Shown: positions 1 through 12,436 of the stretch, in pieces
Layout: every line of letters begins with the position of its first letter
Numbering within the stretch: the stretch's first letter is position 1
From: Candidatus Pacebacteria bacterium RIFOXYA1_FULL_38_18
GTDB lineage: Bacteria; Patescibacteriota; Microgenomatia; UBA1400; PJMF01
DNA: 64,000 bases
Assembly: GCA_001787405.1 (NCBI GenBank)
Contig: MFWV01000011.1
Coordinates: forward strand, 118,860 to 182,859
Direction: 5' to 3'
Made by a program: the position numbers and the translations under genes
The notes under the pieces: model-generated
Told to the model about the DNA's origin: nothing
Seen by the model: only the letters and a program-made list of their open reading frames with translations
Databases searched by the model: none

Positions 1-45
1 ACATTTGCAATGTAGAGGTCAAGGGTTCGAGCCCCTTAGGGTCCA
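1..45 (+). tRNA. tRNA-Ala(UGC), 3' portion only (5' end lies before the window); spacer tRNA of the rRNA operon
   Basis: Anticodon loop ttTGCaa at 5-11. T-arm aaggg/TTCGAGC/ccctt at 23-37. Acceptor 3' strand agggtcc plus discriminator a. Sits immediately upstream of the 23S rRNA. Confidence 0.6.
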
Positions 46-225
46 CTTAGCCTATTTTGTTTGGCTGTTTCTTATTCGTTTCTGGTTTCGTCTACCGACG
101 AGACGAGGGCGAATAACAAGCAGCTAAAAAATGCTTGAAATTGCTCTTTAAAAAGTGAAGAGAATTATCATCTAATTAATACATTCGTCGAGAATGTTGA
201 AAAAAGAAAAATAATTTCGCTAATA

Positions 226-3130
<2,905 letters not shown>

Positions 3131-3286
3131 TTATTAACGAATTTCTTTTTAAAGATTTCAGACTTATGTTTGAAAAGATGATAAACACTCTTCACTTTTT
3201 AGTGAGCAAAAACAACCTTGCTTGAATGCTTGGTTGAATACTTGGTTAAATGCAACTTAACATAGAATTAGAAAAAGCGTTTTATT

Positions 3287-3402
3287 CTGGTCTCTAGAGC
3301 GAGGTGGAACCAACTCTTTCCATCCCGAACAGAGTCTTGAAACGCCTCAGCGCTGACAATAGTGTTTCCTAGTTGAAACGCGAAGATAGGTCGAGGCCAG
3401 AA
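3287..3402 (+). rRNA. rrf: 5S ribosomal RNA
   Basis: Helix I ctggtctc/gaggccag, conserved ccatcccgaac and gaaacgc motifs, ~116 nt, directly downstream of the 23S. Confidence 0.85.
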
Positions 3403-3470
3403 TTAAGCGCTTTTTTTGTGGGAAAATCGCAACTTTTACGGTAGCTATTTTGCTTTCAAGTAATTTGAAG

Positions 3471-3689
3471 TTACATCCAGAGGATAAAGTATAAAAATAA
3501 GCCGAGAACGAGCAATAAATGTATCCAGCCAAGCAGAGAAATTTCTGGCTCAAGCGTGGTAATCAAAGTTTTTTTCATGATAGTAATTTGTCGAATGACA
3601 ACAAAAGAGAATAAAAAATAGAGTCCGCCACCGATGATGAATAGCAATTTAATTACTATTAGTAGGGCATTATCAAGGCCGAAATTCAT
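3471..3689 (-). CDS. small hydrophobic membrane protein (two predicted TM helices), hypothetical
   Basis: Its ATG forms an ATGA start/stop overlap with the stop of the upstream bPH2 gene at 3686-3689, which suggests translational coupling. The protein is strongly hydrophobic. Confidence 0.4.
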   Translation of the reverse strand: MNFGLDNALLIVIKLLFIIGGGLYFLFSFVVIRQITIMKKTLITTLEPEISLLGWIHLLLVLGLFLYFILWM

Positions 3690-4393
3690 CGCGCTCTCCC
3701 TTCTATTTTTTCTTGTTCTTCTTCCAAAATCAGCTCATTGAGTAGAGCTGCCACTTTTGCTGGTTGAGGGATATTTTCAAATTGAAGCTCTCTTTGTTCT
3801 CCAGCAGTTTGGATATAGACCGTGCCGTAATTAATCACTGAGGCCAAAAAGCCACTTGTTTTGGAACTAATGTCTTGAATGGCATCGATCTTGGCAGAAG
3901 AAACATCTTTGAAAAGCAAAGAAACAAAATCCACATCAATGATGCGCTCATCAGTGATGATAAAAACACTAAAAAACCAGATGAGAAACGTAGATAATAT
4001 ATAACTGGAAATCAATAAATACCAACCCAAATTAAGGCCCAAAATGTAAGAATCAGGTAAAAATTCCGCAAAGAAACTACCCTTAGTTAGAATAGGTAAA
4101 AATAAAGCAATAATGATAATAACTATTTGTTTGAGAAGGGTAATGGGGTGTTGTCTGAGAATTAAAATAATTTGTTCATCTCTAGTCTGAGTGTCAAAAG
4201 TAATCTTTTGAGGTTTTGGTAAAAATGATCTGAAATTATTTCTAGATGATTTTTCTTTGCGCATAATCTCTGAATAATCATCAACATGACGATGATGGTT
4301 TTTTTTATTTTCTCGATCATCATCAGTTTTTTGATCAATAGATTTTGTTGGTGAATTTTTCAAACGAGAGAGGGCGTTAAAGATGTCAGGCAT
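3686..4393 (-). CDS. membrane protein with a C-terminal bacterial PH (bPH_2/YdbT-like) domain
   Basis: Central hydrophobic helices followed by a ...TSGFLASVINYGTVYIQTAGEQRELQFENIPQPAKV... region typical of bPH2 domains. Confidence 0.55.
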   Translation of the reverse strand: MPDIFNALSRLKNSPTKSIDQKTDDDRENKKNHHRHVDDYSEIMRKEKSSRNNFRSFLPKPQKITFDTQTRDEQIILILRQHPITLLKQIVIIIIALFLPILTKGSFFAEFLPDSYILGLNLGWYLLISSYILSTFLIWFFSVFIITDERIIDVDFVSLLFKDVSSAKIDAIQDISSKTSGFLASVINYGTVYIQTAGEQRELQFENIPQPAKVAALLNELILEEEQEKIEGRAR

Positions 4394-4446
4394 AACTGGG
4401 GAGAATTATATCATCTTCAATCGATACTATTCATTTACAGAAAGTT

Positions 4447-5235
4447 TTGGTATGTTCTATTGATATGTCTAAAAATTCTAAACAAATCAAAAGAGCTGCC
4501 TCCAGAAAAAAGGTTAGCAAAATTGAAACTACTAGCAAAACAAGCCAGCGTACAAAAGTCTCAACTTCACCAGTTGCAAACAACTTTTTTCAAGCAGAAA
4601 AAGTATTGCGTGCTTTTGATCTAACCAAAGTACGTCAATTTTTTGGTAAGCAACGCAATGTAGTGGCAACATTAATCATTTTAGTTATTTTTGGTTCGCT
4701 TTATCTTTTGAAAGATGTTTTTATTGTAGCGGTGGTAAATGGCCAGCCTATCTATCGTTGGACGATGATTAATCAATTGGAAAAACAAGGTGGACAGCAG
4801 GTATTAAGCTCATTGGTTACTGAAACCCTAGTAAAACAAGCCATAAAAGAGGCAGGAATAGTAGTGGCCAAAGAAGAAACAGAAGCTCAAATAGCGGAAA
4901 TAGAGACGAGTTTGGCTGCTCAAGGAATTACTTTGGAACAGGCTTTGATCCAAGAAGGAATGACTAGAGCTGAATTGATTGAGCAAATTGAGTTGCAAAG
5001 TGCTGTGGATCAATTGGTTGCCAAAGACATCGTCGTTACCGAAGAAGAAATAGATCAATATATTACTGACAATCAAGAATTTTTACCGACAGAGTTGACC
5101 GGTGATGCTTTGCGAGAAGAAGTTCGTCAACAGCTTTACAACATCAAGGTTAGTGAAGCCACTCAGGCTTGGGTGCAAAGTCTGCAAGATCAAGCTCAAA
5201 TTCTATATTTAAGAGATTACGGACTTAGTTTCTAA
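4447..5235 (+). CDS. membrane-anchored protein with a SurA N-terminal-like chaperone domain (hypothetical)
   Basis: Basic N-terminal tail, one TM helix, then an acidic helical domain resembling the SurA N-domain. The start is uncertain; Met at 4465 is an alternative. Confidence 0.5.
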   Translation: MVCSIDMSKNSKQIKRAASRKKVSKIETTSKTSQRTKVSTSPVANNFFQAEKVLRAFDLTKVRQFFGKQRNVVATLIILVIFGSLYLLKDVFIVAVVNGQPIYRWTMINQLEKQGGQQVLSSLVTETLVKQAIKEAGIVVAKEETEAQIAEIETSLAAQGITLEQALIQEGMTRAELIEQIELQSAVDQLVAKDIVVTEEEIDQYITDNQEFLPTELTGDALREEVRQQLYNIKVSEATQAWVQSLQDQAQILYLRDYGLSF

Positions 5236-5270
5236 CCTGAGATTAATTGGCTTGATTATTCAAAACTAAC

Positions 5271-7064
5271 TTAATTTTTCAAAACAGCCAAAAAGGTTTC
5301 TTGGTTGAGCTCGACTTTACCAATTGATTTCATTTTCTTTTTACCCTTGCTTTGTTTGCGCAATAGTTTTTGTCGTCTGGTCACGTCTCCACCATATAGT
5401 TTAGCCGTCACATCTTTGCGGTAGGCCTTAATAGTCTCCCGGGCAATGATTTTGCCACCGATGGCAGCCTGAATTGGTACTTCAAACATTTGGCGAGGCA
5501 TGACTTCTTTGAGTTTGGCCACCAGTGAACGACCTTTTGCCTCAGCCTTACTTTTGATAGTAATAAAACTTAAAGCCTCAATAGCTTCTCTGTTGATTAA
5601 AATATCAACCTTGATAGCATCTACCAATTGATAGTCGATTACTTCGTATTCCATAGAGGCGAAACCAGAGGTAATGGATTTGAGTGAATCATGAAAATCC
5701 GTAATCAACTCTGCCAGTGGTAATTTATATTCCAAGCGCACTCTAGTACCACTATTGATAGTGTTGATTAGCTCGCCTCTTTTTTCTCTAGTCAATTTAT
5801 AAACTGCTGGAATATATTTTTCTGGCGTAAAAATCGTGGTCCTAGTCATTGGTTCTTGAATGGTTTTAATTTGACTGGGATCAGGAAAATCAGCCGGAGT
5901 ATTAATAGTTAATTTTTCATCTCGATTATTGGTAATCTGATAGCTGACCGAAGGGGCAGTAGCGATCAAACTCAAATCAAATTCTCTTTCCAATCTTTCC
6001 AACACAATCTCTGCATGAAAGATCCCCAAAAATCCCACGCGCAGACCATTGCCCAGTGCTATCGAGTGAGTGGGTTTATTTTGCAGAGCAGAATCATGTA
6101 GAGTAAGTTTGGCCATGGCATCTTTGAGAGCCGTAAAATCATCGGCATCTATAGGATACAATTCCATAAAAACCATAGGTGTTGGTTCTTTATAGCCTGG
6201 TAATTTTTCAATAATATTTCTATCTTGTTGAGTGGTCAGAGTATCACCTATCTTGAGCGGTTCGATTTTCTTCAGCCCAGTCGCCACATAACCCACCTCG
6301 CCGGCAGCAATCTTATTTTGTTTTGTTCGTTCTGGTTTGAAAAAACCAATCTCAACAGGACTAATAGTGGTATTGGTGGAAAGTAAATGCAAAGGTTGTT
6401 TAACTAGCTCGCCGTCAACCACTCGCACGTAAGCAATCGCTCCTTGATGATTGTCAAATAAAGAAGTAATAATCATTGCCCGTAGGGGAGCGGTGGGATT
6501 ACCCAAGGGAGCCGGAATTTTTTCTACAACAGTTTGTAATATTTTCTCGATACCGGTTTCATTTTTGGCAGAGGCAGTCAAGATTTCATCTTCAGGCAAA
6601 CCCAAAACATCCATGATTTCCAATTTGGTTTGTTCTACGTCTGCACTTGGTAAATCAACTTTATTAATGATAGGAATGATTTTGAGCCCCAAAACTCTGG
6701 CTTTTTCAAAATTAGCCAAAGTTTGAGCTTGTACACCTTGACTGGCGTCGATTAGTAGCAACACTCCTTCACAGGCAGCCAATGAGCGACTAACCTCATA
6801 ACCAAAATCCACATGTCCAGGCGTATCAATCAAATTCAAGATATATTTTTGACCTTGATATTGATAATCCATTCTCACTGGAGCCAGTTTGATTGTTACC
6901 CCCTTTTCTTGTTCAATAGGATTGGAATCCATGATTCTTTCTCTGGACTCAGTGGCAGAAATAGTGCCTGTGGCACGCAATAGAGCATCGGTCAGGGTGG
7001 TTTTACCGTGATCAATGTGGGCGATGATTGAGAAATTCCGAATATAATTCAAAGCGTTGGACAT
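5271..7064 (-). CDS. lepA: translation elongation factor 4 (LepA)
   Basis: Full-length match: G-domain motifs AHIDHGKTT and DTPGHVDF, plus a LepA-specific C-terminal domain. Confidence 0.95.
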   Translation of the reverse strand: MSNALNYIRNFSIIAHIDHGKTTLTDALLRATGTISATESRERIMDSNPIEQEKGVTIKLAPVRMDYQYQGQKYILNLIDTPGHVDFGYEVSRSLAACEGVLLLIDASQGVQAQTLANFEKARVLGLKIIPIINKVDLPSADVEQTKLEIMDVLGLPEDEILTASAKNETGIEKILQTVVEKIPAPLGNPTAPLRAMIITSLFDNHQGAIAYVRVVDGELVKQPLHLLSTNTTISPVEIGFFKPERTKQNKIAAGEVGYVATGLKKIEPLKIGDTLTTQQDRNIIEKLPGYKEPTPMVFMELYPIDADDFTALKDAMAKLTLHDSALQNKPTHSIALGNGLRVGFLGIFHAEIVLERLEREFDLSLIATAPSVSYQITNNRDEKLTINTPADFPDPSQIKTIQEPMTRTTIFTPEKYIPAVYKLTREKRGELINTINSGTRVRLEYKLPLAELITDFHDSLKSITSGFASMEYEVIDYQLVDAIKVDILINREAIEALSFITIKSKAEAKGRSLVAKLKEVMPRQMFEVPIQAAIGGKIIARETIKAYRKDVTAKLYGGDVTRRQKLLRKQSKGKKKMKSIGKVELNQETFLAVLKN

Positions 7065-7210
7065 GATGTGTATTGTAAATGATTAAGGTTAAAATTCAGA
7101 AATATTCTTTACTTTTCTCCTTTTCAAATCTTGGAAATAAATTAAGTTTAAATATTTGCTCAAGCAATCAGATTCTCTCAGCGATTCAGTCGGCAAACAA
7201 AGAATATTTT

Positions 7211-7582
7211 TTATTTCTTTACAACCTTTTTTTTGGGAGAAACGGCTTTTTTGGCAGGAGCTTTTTTAGTTATTTTCTTGGCGGAAGCTTTTTTAGCTGG
7301 TTTTTTGGCAATTTTTTTGGCTAACTTGGGTTTTGCAGCCAACTTAGTTGGTTTAACCAATTTAGCTAACTGGGCCTTCATGCGAGCGCCTTTATTTGCC
7401 TGGTAGATATTTCTTTTTACGGCTTTATCAATGGCTTTATAAGCTTCTGATAAAAGTTCCATGCTTGGATTTTTGCGCATCAAAACTATTGCTGTTTTGG
7501 TTCGAGATTTCACTACCTGGTTATAGGCAGTTTTTCGCTTGCTAGCTCTGAGAGCTTTTTTGGCATTATCTAAAATTGGCAT
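7211..7582 (-). CDS. rpsT: 30S ribosomal protein S20 with a C-terminal lysine/alanine-rich histone H1-like tail
   Basis: N-terminus MPILDNAKKALRASKRK... is S20-like. The C-terminus is AKPKLAKKIAKKPAKKASAKKITKKAPAKK... Confidence 0.85.
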   Translation of the reverse strand: MPILDNAKKALRASKRKTAYNQVVKSRTKTAIVLMRKNPSMELLSEAYKAIDKAVKRNIYQANKGARMKAQLAKLVKPTKLAAKPKLAKKIAKKPAKKASAKKITKKAPAKKAVSPKKKVVKK

Positions 7583-7592
7583 GATGGGGAAT

Positions 7593-7621
7593 TATATCAG
7601 GCAGTACTTGATAAGGCAAAG
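7593..7621 (-). promoter_or_regulatory. putative sigma70-type promoter of rpsT giving a leaderless or near-leaderless mRNA
   Basis: On the minus strand: TTGCCT, a 17-nt spacer, then TATAAT. The -10 ends 8 nt before the rpsT ATG and there is no SD. Confidence 0.35.
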
Positions 7622-7945
7622 GGAGAAAGCCAATTTGAAATAATTGTGAAATTAGCCTATTTAACTTGAGAATTTAATTCTTAGCTAGCGACATAGTATT
7701 AATTTACCCATTGACAGCCAGCTTGTTACTTTTTATCTGGTCAAGCACCTACTTTGTCAAGTACCTTTAAAAAAGCAAATAGTGTAGACTTATGTATATA
7801 TAAAAGTTAATCCATGGTGTGAAAATTCTTGCGTTTTCAACAAAATATTCAAAAGGTATTTACTCATTGTTTCTTGATATATAATGATACAATAAATGTC
7901 TGTTTTTATATATTTATATATAAATAGTAAATTAACATAAACTGA

Positions 7946-8021
7946 GGGTGGACCTGAGGGGACTCGAACCCTCATTAGAACTTTTGGAGAGTGCTGTTCT
8001 AACCCTTTAAACTACAGGCCC
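7946..8021 (-). tRNA. tRNA-Trp(CCA)
   Basis: Minus-strand cloverleaf: acceptor gggcctg/caggtcc, U8, D-arm, anticodon loop ctCCAaa, T-loop GGTTCGAGTCC, and 3' ACCC. Confidence 0.8.
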
Positions 8022-8097
8022 ACCCACAACTTATGTTGAAGAACATTAAAAACTATATACTGAGTTGGCGAGGAAAATTTTAACTAAACTAAATTAG

Positions 8098-8268
8098 TTA
8101 TTTTCGTTTGGTTTCATCAACGAGTGTGAATCTTTGATGAACACCAAAATTATTTGGAGGTGTGATATCACCCTTGCTAAGGGTAATTTCACGACGGCTT
8201 CCAGCTGGACGATATTGTCCACTTCTGGGCGCGCGATGCCCTGTTTTGGCGGTGATTTTTTTCGTCAT
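8098..8268 (-). CDS. small basic protein (56 aa), hypothetical
   Basis: AAAGGAG RBS 8 nt upstream of the ATG for MTKKITAKTGHRAPRSG... The first in-frame Met of the ORF track (8310) is probably not used. Confidence 0.4.
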   Translation of the reverse strand: MTKKITAKTGHRAPRSGQYRPAGSRREITLSKGDITPPNNFGVHQRFTLVDETKRK

Positions 8269-8647
8269 AATTAGAATCTCCTTTCTGTAAATGTCTCCGT
8301 AGAATTCCATGTTTTCATGGTGGAGCAGATGAGGGGGTTGGCCAACCCAGTGTGTAATTTTTAAAGAGCTTTAATTACTACAACAAAACCACACCGTAAA
8401 TTACGGGTGTTTTTTGTTTCTGATAGTGAATTAAACAGGGATTATTGTATCGTAATAATTCTTTTTCTCCATATCTATAAAGCACCCATACACCGGTTTT
8501 AGTGCTTCTAAGCGGCTTTATAGCGATTTTCTCTTTTAAAATATTCTAGTAATTGTTGAAGAACGATGCATCTAAAATTATTTTTTCATAGTATTTATTA
8601 AAAAATGTAGCAATTATTTATTTTTTTTCTGATAGTATAAGCTTACA

Positions 8648-9439
8648 GTGGAGAATCTTGATGAGACAGCATTAAATATATTTACTGATGGTTCCATGTA
8701 TTCCCATCCACGAAAAGGTGGAATAGGAATCAAGTTTGTTTGGGTTGGAGATGATGGAAATGAAGAGAGTTACGATCATGAAGAGATAGGCTACAAAGGA
8801 GTAACCATTCAGCAGATGGAATTATTGGCATGCATAATTGCTTTGCGAGAAGTTATCAAAGAAAACCCAATGATTAAAAAAAATACAGCCAAAATAGTAA
8901 TATATACAGATTCAATTTATGTTAGTTCAAATCAAAATAATGCAATTTATAATTGGCCTCAGAACAAATGGCTTACCAAAAACGGAACTCCAGTTTTAAA
9001 TATTGATCTTTGGAAAGAACTTGTGAAGTTGCAAAAGAAAATTGGGAAGAGAGTGGACTTCAAGTGGCAAAAAGGGAAGTCAAGTGCGCATACTAAGGCT
9101 GTTGACAAACTTGCAAAGAAATCTGCAACAAGTGCTATTAGACCTAGTATTAGTGTAAAAAACGTAAGGAGAAAGAAGAGTAAAAAATCGGTTTCAAACA
9201 ACAATCTGGTTATGAAAGGACAAAGAGCGATAATAAGGATAACCAGCGATGAATATTTAAAAAAACACAAGCTTTATAAATATGATATTGAAGTTAAATC
9301 TAAAAAAAGTGATTATTTTCGTAGCGAACAACCAATTTTCTCCGAACGACTAATGTCAGCTGGGCATGAATATATGGTCCGTTTTAATAAAAACAATAAA
9401 AACCCTAGGATTATAGAGCTTTACGGCGAAATGAAATAG
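8648..9439 (+). CDS. rnhA: ribonuclease HI (cellular type) fused to a ~100-aa lysine-rich C-terminal domain of unknown function
   Basis: RNase H catalytic motifs in order: FTDGS (Asp), MELLA (Glu), YTDS (Asp), a basic-protrusion-like NWPQNKWLTKNG, then H..AVD. Probable GTG start. The gene is very AT-rich (~28% GC). Confidence 0.7.
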   Translation: MENLDETALNIFTDGSMYSHPRKGGIGIKFVWVGDDGNEESYDHEEIGYKGVTIQQMELLACIIALREVIKENPMIKKNTAKIVIYTDSIYVSSNQNNAIYNWPQNKWLTKNGTPVLNIDLWKELVKLQKKIGKRVDFKWQKGKSSAHTKAVDKLAKKSATSAIRPSISVKNVRRKKSKKSVSNNNLVMKGQRAIIRITSDEYLKKHKLYKYDIEVKSKKSDYFRSEQPIFSERLMSAGHEYMVRFNKNNKNPRIIELYGEMK

Positions 9440-9488
9440 TTCATCTTCCACCTGCAAGTTTTGTTTTCTCCTACTATAATTAGTTTTA

Positions 9489-11177
9489 ATGATTCTCAAA
9501 CTCTCTCAATTTTTTAGCAACAATGGTAAGTGGCTGGAAAAAAAGCAGACCTCGATTTTGTCTGCGGCGCTGATTATTACGATAGCCAATATTGCTTCTT
9601 CATTAGCGGGCTTGTTGCGAGAGAGATTGCTGATTTCCTCGTTTTTTGATTCGATAGAAACACAGTTAGCCTATGAAGCTTTTCAAGTGGCTTTTCAAAT
9701 TCCTGACATGCTTTTTCAATTGGTAATTCTGGGTGCGGTGGCGGCTTCATTCATTCCACTGTTTACGGATTTGAAAAAAAGTTCAGAAGAAGAGGCTTTC
9801 AGATTTACTTCTTCGGTTATGAATCTTTTATTACTCATTTTTATTATTTTTTCACTAATTATCGGTATATTTGCCTATCCACTAACTGAGTGGAGAACAG
9901 GAGCAGCTTTTACTCCAGAACAGGTTGGGATCACGGTAGGATTGACTCGATTAATGCTTTTTGCACAGTTATTTTTTGCTGTGTCAAATTTTTTGACCGG
10001 CATGTTGCAATCATATCGGCGTTTTATCATACCGGCTATTGCACCCGTGCTTTATAACTTTGGAATTATTTTGGGCGTGTATTTATTCAAGAGTTCTTTT
10101 GGCATTTATTCTGCTGGTTTGGGCGTGATTTTGGGAGCTTTTTTGCACATGATCATGCAAGTGCCTCTAGCTTGGAAGATGGGTTTTAGGCCCAAATTAA
10201 TAATTGATTTTAAAAGTGTTGCTTTGAGAAAACTTTTTCGAATGATGCCTCCCAGAGTGCTGACGATTGGTATTTCTGAGTTGCAAAATTTGGGATTGGG
10301 CTTTTTTGCGACCACGATTGGTGGGTTGAGTTTTGTAGTGATTAGATTGGGCATGAGACTGATGACTATTCCAATTCGTTTATTTGGAGTGCCCATCAGT
10401 CAGGCCTCATTGCCATTTTTGGCGCAAGAAACAGGCGAGGAAGAACATCAGCGTTTTAATTCATTGGTTATTCAGTCACTACATCAAATTTCGTTTTTTG
10501 CTCTGCCAGCCTCGGCTTTGTTATTGATTTTGCGTATCCCCATTGTGCGGTTGATTTTTGGAGCAGACAATTTTCCTTGGCAGACCACATTGTCTACGGG
10601 TAGAGTAGTAGCAATTTTGGCTTTTTCCGTGGCGGCTCAAGCCATGACGCAATTACTAGTTCGGACTTTTTATGCCCTAAAAAATACCAAGACGCCTCTC
10701 TATATTACTTTGGCTGCATCTAGTTTGTTTTTTACGATTAGTGCTTTGGCAGTCGCTTATACATCTTGGGGGGTTTTGGGTTTGGCTTTTTCATTACTGA
10801 TTAGTGCTTTTATTGAATTAATTCTCTTTATTATTACTTTGCAAAAGAAACTGCACTGTTTTACTTTCCGAGATTTTTGGTGGCCACAAATCAAGATGAT
10901 TTCCTCAAGTTTTTTGATGGCAGTGTTCTTATATTTACCGTTCAAGATTTTGGATGAACTGGTGTTTGATACTACTCGTACTTTGGAATTGGTTGCTTTG
11001 ACTTTGAGCACCAGCACAATCGGCATGTTGGTTTATATTTATTTCTCTATGTTATTTGAAGTGAAGGAGTTGAATTATTTGAATAAATTATTCTCAACTA
11101 TGACTCGTTGGCGTCAATTTTTGGCTAGCTCCAAAGAAGTACTCGTGGAAACCAGTGCCGATGGTAATGAAATGTAA
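9489..11177 (+). CDS. murJ: lipid II flippase MurJ (MviN family)
   Basis: 562 aa, 12-14 TM helices, MurJ/MviN family-like sequence (not checked residue by residue against a reference). Confidence 0.85.
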   Translation: MILKLSQFFSNNGKWLEKKQTSILSAALIITIANIASSLAGLLRERLLISSFFDSIETQLAYEAFQVAFQIPDMLFQLVILGAVAASFIPLFTDLKKSSEEEAFRFTSSVMNLLLLIFIIFSLIIGIFAYPLTEWRTGAAFTPEQVGITVGLTRLMLFAQLFFAVSNFLTGMLQSYRRFIIPAIAPVLYNFGIILGVYLFKSSFGIYSAGLGVILGAFLHMIMQVPLAWKMGFRPKLIIDFKSVALRKLFRMMPPRVLTIGISELQNLGLGFFATTIGGLSFVVIRLGMRLMTIPIRLFGVPISQASLPFLAQETGEEEHQRFNSLVIQSLHQISFFALPASALLLILRIPIVRLIFGADNFPWQTTLSTGRVVAILAFSVAAQAMTQLLVRTFYALKNTKTPLYITLAASSLFFTISALAVAYTSWGVLGLAFSLLISAFIELILFIITLQKKLHCFTFRDFWWPQIKMISSSFLMAVFLYLPFKILDELVFDTTRTLELVALTLSTSTIGMLVYIYFSMLFEVKELNYLNKLFSTMTRWRQFLASSKEVLVETSADGNEM

Positions 11178-11252
11178 ATGAATGATTAAAACAATAAATG
11201 CCTAGTAACGAGCGCATTTTTTCTCTACAATGGATTTAAGCTAACTGTCTAT

Positions 11253-11813
11253 ATGAAAAACAAATTAGTTGCCATAGATATAAATTTGGTTCCCAAAGAT
11301 CCTTTTTTTGAGACTTCTTTGGGTAGAATTTTGCAGTGGTCGCTATCTGTGGGTAGATATATCGTGATGTTTACTGAGTTGATTGTGGTGTTGAGTTTTG
11401 CCACGCGATTTTATTTGGATCGACAGGTTACTGATTTAAATCAAGCCATTACTAGAAAGGAAGGGGTGGTGGCATCTTATAGCGAGTTTGAACAAGAATT
11501 TCTGGCTGCTCAAGAAAAAATTAATCAATATCAACAAATTGCTCAACGAGAAAATTTGGTAGAAATTTTTCCGATTTTGAGACAGGTTATTCCCAATGGA
11601 GTAGAACTTGAAGAATTGGCAATTTATCCAGATAAAATTGCTATAACCGGAGTAGTTCTTTCTCAGCAATCTTTGAATTTATTGATCAATAACCTTCAAA
11701 TTTCACCCAATTTTGTCAATGTAGTAGTAAACACAATTGAATCACAGGGTTCATTGAGTGCTGGTTTTACTTTTAGACTCAATGCTCAGACGGTTTTTAC
11801 ATCAAAAGAATAA
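11253..11813 (+). CDS. pilN: type IV pilus assembly protein PilN-like
   Basis: N-terminal INLVP motif (PilN INLLP signature), a single TM helix, then a coiled coil and periplasmic domain. Confidence 0.6.
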   Translation: MKNKLVAIDINLVPKDPFFETSLGRILQWSLSVGRYIVMFTELIVVLSFATRFYLDRQVTDLNQAITRKEGVVASYSEFEQEFLAAQEKINQYQQIAQRENLVEIFPILRQVIPNGVELEELAIYPDKIAITGVVLSQQSLNLLINNLQISPNFVNVVVNTIESQGSLSAGFTFRLNAQTVFTSKE

Positions 11814-11815
11814 AA

Positions 11816-12436
11816 ATGGCTGATCCTAAAAATAAACAACTAACAACTTTTTTGGACAAATTTTACTACAATCCTGTGGCGATAGTGTCTTTTGAATTAT
11901 TTCTTTCGATTGGAGCAGTTATCTTTTTTGCTCTTTTTGCCATCCGTCCCACACTGTCAACTATGTCCAATTTAATCAAAGAGATTGAAGATAAACGAAA
12001 ATTGGACACGCAATTATCTCAAAAGGTTTCGGCACTTAATATTGCCCAGGAAAATTTTTCTGTTTTGCAAGATCGATTGTTTGTTTTGGATGAAGCTATT
12101 CCTAGGGGAGCAAACATGACTTACACTTTGAAAGTCATAGAAAAAGCAGCCAGCGATCAAAATTTAACGATTGCCAATCTGACTGTTTTGGAAATTCCCC
12201 CAGAACCACCAGCTGATGCTACCATCGACGAACTGGAGAGACAGTCAATGCCGATTCAACTGACCGTATCTGGTAGTTACGAATCAATTCGTGATTTCAC
12301 CAATCAGCTACAGTTTTCCAGAAGAAGTTTTGTAATTGATAGAATTATATTTACAACCAAAGACATTCGAGGCCAACGATCTTTGGAGGGGGTGTTGTTG
12401 CTGAATGCCCCATATTTTGGAGTAAAAACAAAATGA
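11816..12436 (+). CDS. pilO: type IV pilus assembly protein PilO-like
   Basis: Short cytoplasmic N-terminus, TM helix, coiled coil, ferredoxin-like periplasmic domain. Directly downstream of pilN. Confidence 0.55.
   Translation: MADPKNKQLTTFLDKFYYNPVAIVSFELFLSIGAVIFFALFAIRPTLSTMSNLIKEIEDKRKLDTQLSQKVSALNIAQENFSVLQDRLFVLDEAIPRGANMTYTLKVIEKAASDQNLTIANLTVLEIPPEPPADATIDELERQSMPIQLTVSGSYESIRDFTNQLQFSRRSFVIDRIIFTTKDIRGQRSLEGVLLLNAPYFGVKTK

Noticed and set aside
3347-3553. 68-aa minus-strand ORF overlapping the 5S rRNA
   Set aside because: It overlaps the 5S gene and its terminator region, and there is no RBS. Most likely not coding.
6451-6726. Antisense ORFs inside lepA, nrdJ (21785-22282 and others), groEL (34385-35874), ftsH, dnaK, infB, pnp, murJ and PBP genes
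   Set aside because: Each is embedded in and antisense or out of frame to a confidently identified conserved gene. Amino-acid compositions are typical of shadow ORFs.
7079-7324. 81-aa plus-strand ORF overlapping the rpsT 3' end
   Set aside because: A Phe/Gly-rich shadow frame of the lysine-rich S20 tail (the reverse complement of AAG/AAA runs gives TTT/CTT).
8386-8420. Hairpin caccgtaaattacgggtg followed by a T-run (terminator-like) and a 10-bp direct repeat ttctgatagt at ~8414 and ~8622
   Set aside because: The hairpin has a bulged, imperfect stem and no obvious upstream plus-strand gene to terminate. The 10-bp repeat is short, AT-rich and could easily be chance. It is not convincing as att sites or inverted repeats of a mobile element.
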